A DNA stretch of 62,178 bases, the filler included, from Kipferlia bialata (Eukaryota): the NCBI GenBank assembly GCA_003568945.1. It is 4 parts of 4 records of this genome, joined end to end, with 100 filler letters (N's around TTAATTAATTAA, not from the genome) between each part and the next. Parts side by side here need not be neighbours in the genome. Positions count along the whole stretch, not along the records: positions 45,323 to 62,178 come from BDIP01000567.1; 3 more parts are not named here. One strand, given 5' to 3'. A program made the position numbers and the translations under genes. The notes below the pieces were generated by a model that worked only from the letters and a program-made list of their open reading frames with translations, was not told where the DNA came from and made no database searches. This document shows, piece after piece, positions 52,500 through 62,178 of the stretch. The stretch's first letter is position 1; each line of letters opens with the position of its first letter.

Positions 52500-52970
52500 G
52501 ACTTCTAGTTGCTCTGACCTGGATTAGCTGCCCGTGCAAATATCGTCACAGAGTGAGACTCCTAGACTGGGACTTTAAGTAGTTGTGACCTAATATAACC
52601 AACTCTCAATGAGTTGGACATCTAGTTGTTCTACCCTGGGCTAGCTGCCCACGCATACATGACAACATATTTCCTACTCTTACTGTAAAGGTCTCTTAGA
52701 GAGTTATACATCTAGCTGTTCTGCCCCTGACTAGCTGCCCATGCACTAGCACATGTCCTTTCATTTCCTCAATGACCGCGTTCTAATCAGACACTAAATG
52801 ATACACTATATGGATTTCTAGCTGTTCTGCCCCTGACTAGCTGCCCATGCACTGGTACATGTACCCTTTCATTTCATCAATGATCGTGTTCTAATCAGAT
52901 ACTAAATGATACACTATATGGACATCTAGTTGTTCTGCCCCTGACTAGCTGCCCATGCACTGGTACATGT
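52500..52970. repeat. Degenerate tandem array (about 5 copies, period about 90-115 bp) containing the stop-codon end of the minus-strand kinase
   Basis: tctag(t/c)tg(t/c)tct..cc.t..ctagctgccc recurs at about 52505, 52620, 52711, 52817 and 52925. The last three units share a near-identical approximately 107-bp body. Confidence 0.85.
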
Positions 52971-55900
52971 CTCCCTGAGCATGTCGATGTAGGAGTCATC
53001 GACAAAGCCATGCACTAGCACAGGGACGGGGCACTCTGTGGCAGCCTAGCAGTTAGTATATACAACCTTAACATTACAGTATATAGGATGTATACACTGT
53101 GTACTTCGATTGTTGCAGCAATAACTATACAGTAAAATAGTAATCATAGAGTTACTGACCCAGTCTGTGACCCCGACTCTGACGAAGAATAGAATAACCA
53201 TTGTAACATTATGATAGTTACATATGGTACTATTATATAATAAATATTATATATTGTAACTATTTATACGTATAGTCATATACTAACTCACCCAGTCTGT
53301 GACCCCGACTCTTGCAAAGACAGACAGCAGGTGCTTGTGGACTCTGTCGAGATCAACCTCTTCCACCTTGGGTTAACACACATATATATCTATATGTGTG
53401 TATATACAATACAGTATTGATATCACCTTGCACATTGGGTTAGATGTTATACAAATGTGTAGAGTCTACACTGTAGCCTATATCTTGTACATGCCACGAT
53501 CTTAGCGGGATGGTAAATAATGTTGTTAAGTATACATACTAACTCTCTTAAACTATACTCGGTAATATACATTCACAGGTCCTTCCTCTGGCCTCCCCTA
53601 GGTATACCTTGTACATCACAACTACATTGATGGGGTCGCACATATACATACAGTCATTCATATACCACTAAAACCACATAGACATGTAATGTGTATCTAT
53701 ACATGTACCTTGTACATCACAACTGCCTTGATCGGGTTACAGTCATCTAGAGTGGCTGGCTCAAACTGGTCGAGCTCCGTGAAGAGCTGAATCACATCAC
53801 CCCTGAGTTTCAGACGTACATGTCACTACATATTGGTATAGTATAGTATAGTATTAATTACATACTATAGATATATACTATATAGCTAAGTGCGTAAGAT
53901 AATACAACGAATGAGAGTAATACATATGTTTTGAAATGTGTATGTATACTAACATAGTGGGTCTGAGTCGGTGAAGACCTGGATCACATCGCCTCTGGGT
54001 TATGAGAATGAGCTTAAAAAATATATATACATTAAATAGAATATATATATATATACATATAGCATATATATGAAAAATATCTATATAATCATAGTAGTGA
54101 TCCAATTCTGTGAAGAGCTGGATCACGTCTCCCCTGAGTGTCGTGTGTTAGATATAATAACAAAAAACATATACAAACATGGAAGTATTGCATAGAATAA
54201 CTATATACACATAGAAACACTAATCATTACTATTATGAATAGAAATATATACAACATTTATGTATACCTGTATATATTTATATATATATACTATATGTGT
54301 TGTAGAACTGTGTGTATACCTATGAGTGGTGCATACACCCTTCTGAGATGTATATATATATATACCTATTAATACTGATGAATGCAATATTAAATGTCGC
54401 CACACCTACTATTACTACTATACTTCAATATATATATAGAATTATATACATGTATGTATATGTATACCTGTGAGTGGTGCATACCCCTGACCGAGAGGTA
54501 AGTACAACGTATGTGAACTCAGAGGGGTCGGCCCAGGTCGCCTGGGTTAGTTGTATAGCAAAGGACCTATATGTATAGATTACTTATACCAGTTGATTAT
54601 TTGATTAATTACACGACTGCTTGATTCATAGCATAATTGACTGATTGTACCTTGATGATGGAGTCCGTCTCCTTCTGCAGAGCCATATCAGAGATATGGT
54701 GATTGATTACGATATTAATGGATTGATTTATTACATGATAGATTGATTACGAAATTAATGAATTGATTTATTACATGATAGATTGATTACCTTAATGATG
54801 GAGTCCAGTTCCTTCTGCAGGTCTATATCAGCCCCAGGCCCATAGACATGGTTGATGTACGATAGCTTGGACGGCTTGCTCTGCACTGCGTGTAAGCATA
54901 TATATACAAAGTGATTCAGTAATTGATTCAATAATTGTTTCCATAATTGATTTCATAATTGATTCTCTATACCTGTGGCGGGTGACGCCCTCTTGCTCCT
55001 ACGTGTGCGTCTTCCCCTAGGTGCAGAGCGAGATACAGCAGCTGGAGGGGTAGAACGGGGGGCCGGGTTCTTACTCAGGCGCTCCTGGGCTTCCTGCAGC
55101 AGCCTCTGCTCCTCAGCGTGTGCCTGGGTTAACTCGCGTATCTAGACTGGTAGACCATAGAATAGCAGTGTTAATAGAATGATCATGCTGAAATAGCTAA
55201 CTATTCACACTACTCATAATACGTGTATACATGGATATATGTGCACACAACGAACCTGACTGAGGGCACATCCAAAGTATGCATACTTACCATGGTATAA
55301 CACAAATGATATATACCTAATTACAGATATATAAATGTATCTATGTCTATACCAATTGTTGAAACATACCTGACTGAGGGCAGATCCAAAGAAGGCATAC
55401 TTGTTGGGACCAGACCCAAAGAGGTGGGTGAGCCTAGGGGGTTAGTCTTACAAGGGGTGTAAACACCACTTGGCGCTTTGTATTTCTGATAATCATTATG
55501 TAGTAGATATGTCCATCACTTTGAATCCTCGGCCAGACCCAAAGAGGTGGGTGAGCCTGAGGGGTTAGACATAGAGGGAGTGAATATATATGTGCATATA
55601 TATAAATAGAGAGGTACATAGAATGGCAATCAAAGATGTAGAGGGGATATCCAGGTGATAAGAGAGAAGAAGGGTGTGTATACATTATGTTGCTACTGAA
55701 TATGACGCTGAGTATCAAGATTTCCACTTACTTTGAGTCCAGGTCACCAGTGACTCGAGAGCTATAGAAATGAAATTGTCAAATATTACACTTAAAGTAC
55801 AATTAATACCAGTAATACACATAATAATACATCTTACTTTGAGTCCTGGTAAACTAGGGACTCGAGTACCTTAAATATGTATGTGTGGTATACTTAGTAC

Positions 55901-58900
55901 ATATGCTACTTGATTGATTCACATACTTTGAGTCTTCGTCCACCAGTGACTCCAGTACCTATAATAATGGTTCAACTAACAAGTCCTATACTAAAAGCAA
56001 CTTCCTAGAAATACTAAGATGGTAAAGATAATAGACACTAACTATAATAGTAAGAAAGAATTTGTAACTCACTTTGAGTCCTGGTCCACTAGTGACTCGA
56101 GCACATCCTTGGGTATCTTGTCAATCATCTGTCTGTGGTGAATCTGGAGTGAGATAACTCGCATACGTATGACTATTGTATATATACATATGTTGAACCA
56201 ACCGTACTACATCACAAGTATACGATCAATTTAGAAGCATTATCTGAGAGTACTATTCTCACCATTCTTCTCTCGCTCTGTACCGCACGGATCATCTCCA
56301 GTAGCTGAGAGGCTGACGGGCGAATCTCAGGATTGCACTGGAGTAAGATGGTACACATATAAAAATTCTGTTATCCTTCTGAATACAGTTACAGTCAGTA
56401 TCCGTAGAGAATCCATTGGTTTGTACATATACCTATGTGGTTTTTGTATATATGTTTATATACCTCCAGTATGTTGGTGATCACATTATTCAAACGTGTG
56501 TAAGACTGTGAAATATATAGTATGTACCGTAAGATGTATACATCTTTACCTCCAGTATGTATGCAGATACTGGAAATGTAATAATTAGTCTTACTTACAC
56601 AAGTCCTAAATGTGCTTGCGATTATATACCAATGAAGTTGAACACATTGATTCAATGAGTACCACTATGTATTCTAATTATATACTGATTATTCACGTAT
56701 AGATGTATATATGTGCTTGTATACACCTACCTCCAGCATGCTGTTGATCACATTGGCTAGTCCAGGGATACCCGTCTCCTCATCAGTCAGACGCCTAGGT
56801 TTAGTAGGTATTGTGACAGTAGACATAAAAATACATAAACACATTCATAATAACATACTAGGCCTAGTATGTAGATATTTACATATATGTAAATTCTGCA
56901 GAATTCTAGTGGTTAAGGTTAGTGGGTATGATGTGGTATGATGTGGTATTGAAGAATTAACATATGCCTAGTATTATAAGAGGCCAAGGGTTACTGTGGC
57001 TGTTATAGTATATAAACTTATAGGATGGAAAATAGCATCTGATGATAATTATGTATATGTATATGTGTATGGTATATATATGTATGTTACTGTAGGTCCA
57101 CCCACATGAGTCGGTTTCCGACTGCCGACAGCTCATATAAAGCAATTAATATATGCGTGTGTGTTTATAGAGAGAACGTTTAAGGCCTACAGTATAAGTA
57201 GATACAATCAAGTTAGAAAGGTGTATATAGAACTCACCACACCGGTCAGACGCCTAGGGTTACACTAAGAGGCAAATACTCGAATATATACACATATAGA
57301 TATGCATGTACACATATCCAGAAAGAGAGGATAGAACCATACAAGAGATGGTATTTCCTAGTAAGAAAGCAAAACATGATAGTTAGTCTATAAATTGGAG
57401 TCTATCGTCATCTTTCTCTGACGCTGGATGTCGGTAAGGTCATCATAAATAACATATATACACACATATATAAAGAGGGGATAAATACTCCATAGTCCAA
57501 CAGTTAGACTCCAACTATATCTATTTCATACATCTATATTCCATCTATACTACACTTAATTTCATATATTAAGACTGACCTGATCTTACCCTCAGCTCAG
57601 CCTATAATACAATATAGTACAATATAATAGACAATACATATAGTCACACCTGACCCTCCCCTCGTCAAGGGTGTCGATGAGGCCATATAGGCTACCTGGG
57701 TCACCAAGTACACAGTCAGCAGTGATGATCTATGAATTAGTACTATTAGTATATATATAGAGAGAGAGAGACAGAGCAAGTACACAGTCAGTAGTGATGA
57801 TCTTTGTATTAGTNNNNNNNNNNNNNNNNNNNNNNNNNNNNNNNNNNNNNNNNNNNNNNNNNNNNNNNNNNNNNNNNNNNNGTATATATATAGAGAGAGA
57901 GAGACAGAGTAAGTACACAGTCAGTAGTGATGATCTGGGGTTAGACTCAACTTCATTCTGAAATAACTCATGGACTCTCATATGATATTCAGTTATGTCG
58001 TATTGTGATATGGTGTCATACCTGGGTCAGGGTTATGCCCAGTGCCCATATGTCGATGCCTGTGTCATACCCATCGGGGTGGATGTCCTGGAACTTCTGG
58101 GGGGTTAGATACATCAATATGTACACTATATACCTCATAAATAGATAAAACAATGTATATATATAAAATATATATATAAATATGAAATATATGTTATAAA
58201 TAAATACATAATAGATAAATTATTATATATATGTATATCTGTATATTTAATAGTTGTGTCACCGAATCAAGTGCTAGAAATACATATACATACACATACA
58301 TATGTCGTATTCATGGTATGTTGAGTCGAGCGTCTGCTCAGCTGCGGTTATACATGCATCTTTGTAGCACTTTGTATATCACTCCTCAGGTGCACTGAAT
58401 ATGGGGGACATTCTATAGTAAAAATTCTATAGTATACAGTACATTCAGTGTATTTTTCATATGCAGTGTATATGCATATTCAGTATAGTATATACACTCA
58501 TCATACCTCAGGTGCACTGAATATGGGAGACACACTGTCATGGGTCATGGCAACACTCTGAAGAGTGAGGAATATATTCAATTAATTAATATACATCCAG
58601 TACGCTAATAGAAATACTATATATGTACTTCGTGTCAATTGAAACTCTGTCATGGGTCATGGCAACACTCTGAAGGGTCAGTAGAATATAATAATAATAA
58701 TTTATATATATATATTAATATTATATAAAATGTATATATATATATATGCATTGATTGGTTCTGTCATGGGTCATGGCAACACTCTGAAGAGTGAGGGAGA
58801 GTAAGATGTTAGAATATGAGCAAAATATGATATATATACTGATACCGATACCCTGTCAAGGGTCATTGCCATACTCTTAGGGTCTGGAAGGGTATAGTCG

Positions 58901-60281
58901 AGTATATGATTGAAATACAATCATATGTATTGAAGTTGAATTGAATATGTACATGTAATAATTTGTTATGTCATTGCCACACTCTGAATAGTCAGGAGAA
59001 TAATTCTAAAATATATACAAATCTGCAAAAATGTATATATACTAATTATTAGCTAATTGAGTACATGAATCTTAGCGAAGAGTCAGGAGGGACACAGTCT
59101 AACACAGGTCAAATATATATGTTACATATATATAGTCTTAAAAATTCTGAGTACTAGGTAATGAACACTTAACCGATAGTATGACCCCTTATCAGAAACA
59201 GGCATACATACCTCCCCCTCATATAGGCGTCTGCACAGGCCTAGGTCTATCAGCTTACAGCATGGGATGTCACAGCCAGGGACCTTGCAAACCATGATGT
59301 TGGCGGGCTGGGCGTGAGAGGAATGTATATACACACATATTTACCTGAAGAAAATTGTGTATATACGTATATATACTATTATGTATTTGTATATTGATGT
59401 ATACTTTGATGTCCCTGTGGATGATACCCAGGCTGTGAAGTCTCTCTCTCTCTCTATATGTATATATGCCATACAATTTATCTCCTTAATACTCCTAAAC
59501 ATAATGTATATGTACGTATATTATTGTGGATACCTTGATGTCCCTGTGGATTATACCCAGACTGTGGAGTCTCTCTCTCTCTATTTAAGTACATATACAT
59601 AACTACAGAGTATACTCACTGATACTTCTATATATATTACTATGTATTTGTATATATATGAGTACATACCTTGATGTCCCTGTGGATGATGTTCAGGCTG
59701 TGCAGTCTCTCTAGACCCATCAGCATCTGGTGTGAGTGAATTATATACACACATATACACATATATATGTATAGTTACAGTGTACCCATCAGCATCTGAT
59801 GTCACCTATATATATACATATACTATACATTATATAATGTAATATGTATATGATATATAATATATAGACTGTGCAGTCTGTCCAGACCCATCAGCATCTG
59901 GGGTTAGTTATACCTATACATATATATGTATATATACACACACACACATATATTTTTATATATACATATATAAATGTATGTACTAGACCCATCAGCATCT
60001 GGGATAAGAGTATACTCTATACATGAAAGAACACACACACACACATATATATACAAATATATATATATGAATATATATATATATGAATATATATATGAAT
60101 ATATATATGAATATATATATAAATATATATATATACCTGTTCAATCATGACAAGCAGGCCAGGCAGACTCCTCCCAGGGCGGAGGTGACTGGGATGAGTA
60201 TTGATACTATATAAATACACAATACATAACATACACTACTAGAAATATCGACCATTGTACCATAAACACATACATAAATAC

Positions 60282-60315
<34 letters not shown>

Positions 60316-62059
60316 GTAACTATAGTATAGTTACTATATGTAGTAAATATATTTACATGAAAAGTATAATATATTTACTGCTGATACCTAAACTCCAAGT
60401 CAATGAGGGTCTCTCTGTCTTTCCCTTCAAATTTCTTACTGTAGGTGGAGAGTGCCCTCAGGGACGGTCCTTGAATTAAGGGTTTAATTACCACAAGAAA
60501 AGAGGTTCAATAATTATTAATTATATAATAACTTTATATATATATATGGATATATGGATATATATATGGATACATGGAGGAGAGTTCCCCCAGGTACTGT
60601 TCTAATATAAGAGGGTTTAACAACCACTAGATGAAAACATATGTAGAAAACAACCTCTATTCATACATATATATATTGAGAGAGAGAGAGAGAGAGTGCC
60701 CTCACTCATATACTGTATATATAAATACAATATAACATTTGCTTACCGTCACAGTACTCCATGACTATCACCATGCAACCCTTGAATTCGCCCGCGTCGG
60801 AGGCGATGAAGTGGTCGTGGTATCTTGTATATGAGCAAAAATGTATTGATGTATATTCAAATTGGATGGAGGGGGGGAGGGGGGAGTGTGAGTCAACAAG
60901 AATTACACTGAGGTTGTACATTGGTTATATATCATGCTTTAACGCAACATCCAGATGACCAATAGAGGGAGAGAGAAGAGAGAGAGAGAGTCAAGGTGGT
61001 GTGTATAGTTATATCCATATCCATACCTCACGACATAGATATGAGAGGGAGAGAGATTAGAGAGTTACAAGAGAGAGAGAGAGAGAGGAGAGAGCGAGCG
61101 AGAGAGAGAGTTGAGGATGTTGAGGTGGTACAAACACTTGATTTCGGCAATACCTCATGACATGAGGGGACTTGTCAAATCTACTGAGAAACAAGCATGG
61201 TTGAGGTTAATTAATTATATATAGAATAATACATGAACATAGTGTGTTACATACATATACATACCTCACGACATGGGAGACTTGGCCCAGTTCAGATTGT
61301 CAAACAATACCTCACGATACTATGCTGCTTCAACTAATGTGTATATACATATAGTATATATATAGATATATAGTATATACATATAGTGTATATATATACA
61401 TAGAGAGCTTACCTCACGACATGGGGGGACTTGGCCCTGTTTAGTAATGTGTTGATATATATATATAGAGAGAGAGAGAGAGAGTTATATATATATATAA
61501 AGAGAGAGAGAGAGAGAGAGAGCTTACCTCACGACATGGGGGGACTTGGCCCTGTTGAGTGCGGAGAGCTCACGTGGAAGGTACTTGAACACAGTCTAAC
61601 ATTAGTATTAGTATTAGTAATGAATATATATAGAGAGAGAGGGGGGGTGGGAGACAACCTCACGGGGAAGATAACCGCACACAGTCTAGCATTAGTAATA
61701 TATATATATTGAGAGAGAGGGGGAGAGAGTCACGTTAGAGACAATGCAGGATATTGAGTACAAAACGACAATTGCATATGTCACAGTGACTGTCCATATT
61801 ATTTATATGCCTTTATGTATGTATGTATGGCTTTATACCTGCCGGTTTGCCTCTTTGATAGTGTACATGTCACCCCCATGATTCCAATATATACATATTT
61901 ACATATATATATACATCTATTTACACATCAATATATACTTATTACCTATATATATACATGTGAATAGAGAAGTCGACATACCTGCCTCTTTAACTCGTCG
62001 ATAAGGGTGAAGTCGATAGTCTTTGCAGCTAGGATCTGGCCAGTGTTAATATCTCTGAT
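52926..62059 (-). CDS. Ser/Thr protein kinase (NEK-like), paralogue of the upstream kinase with a different C-terminal extension; 5'-partial
   Basis: IRDINTGQILAAKTID, LPRELSALNRAKSPHVVR-YHDHF...IVMEYCD, MLMGLERLHSLNIIHRDIK-PANIMVCKVPGCDIPCCKLIDLGLCR, SPIFSAPE, YDTGIDIWALGITLTQ, INSMLE-CNPEIRPSASQLL. Ends ...AWAASQGQNN* at 52926. Confidence 0.9.
54695..54790. repeat. 40-bp tandem repeat (about 2.3 copies) in a kinase intron
   Basis: gattgattacga(t/a)attaatg(g/a)attgatttattacatgata repeated. Confidence 0.8.
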
Positions 62060-62062
62060 CTG

Positions 62063-62119
<57 letters not shown>

Positions 62120-62178
62120 TATACACCCTTGCAGGGCATGCTGGGGGGAGAGGGAGAGGGAGAGAGAGAGAGAGAGAG

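Overview
Intron-rich eukaryotic genomic DNA from a flagellated protist. Fused branch-point/acceptor sites (cTnACcc(c/t)AG), (AT)n/(AG)n-filled introns, GC-rich short exons and the gene content suggest a free-living fornicate such as Kipferlia (inference). The window is at least four contigs joined by N-TTAATTAATTAA-N linkers (16955, 33937, 45267), with further N gaps and poly-C junctions. Manual exon splicing gives: a condensin II CAP-G2 (NCAPG2)-like gene (-), a bacterial-type YjaB/YiaC-like GNAT acetyltransferase with one intron (+), DNAAF3/PF22 (+), an RPGRIP1L-like coiled-coil/C2 protein (+), a Kelch-like propeller protein (+), a UBR-box fragment (+), a CHD1-like remodeller (-), two convergent paralogous NEK-like kinases and several hypothetical genes. 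The main unusual signal is an 'exon echo' architecture. Introns hold polarised half-copies of the neighbouring exon (acceptor plus 5' half upstream, 3' half plus donor downstream), spaced about 100-130 bp apart and cut off by microsatellites. These copies differ from the full exon mostly at synonymous positions, which neutral decay would not produce. Also notable: four antisense tRNA 3'-half (T-arm) fragments next to acceptors in CHD introns, a recurrent intronic ATCG(C/T)GTAG motif, and patchy intron-level identity between the two kinases.
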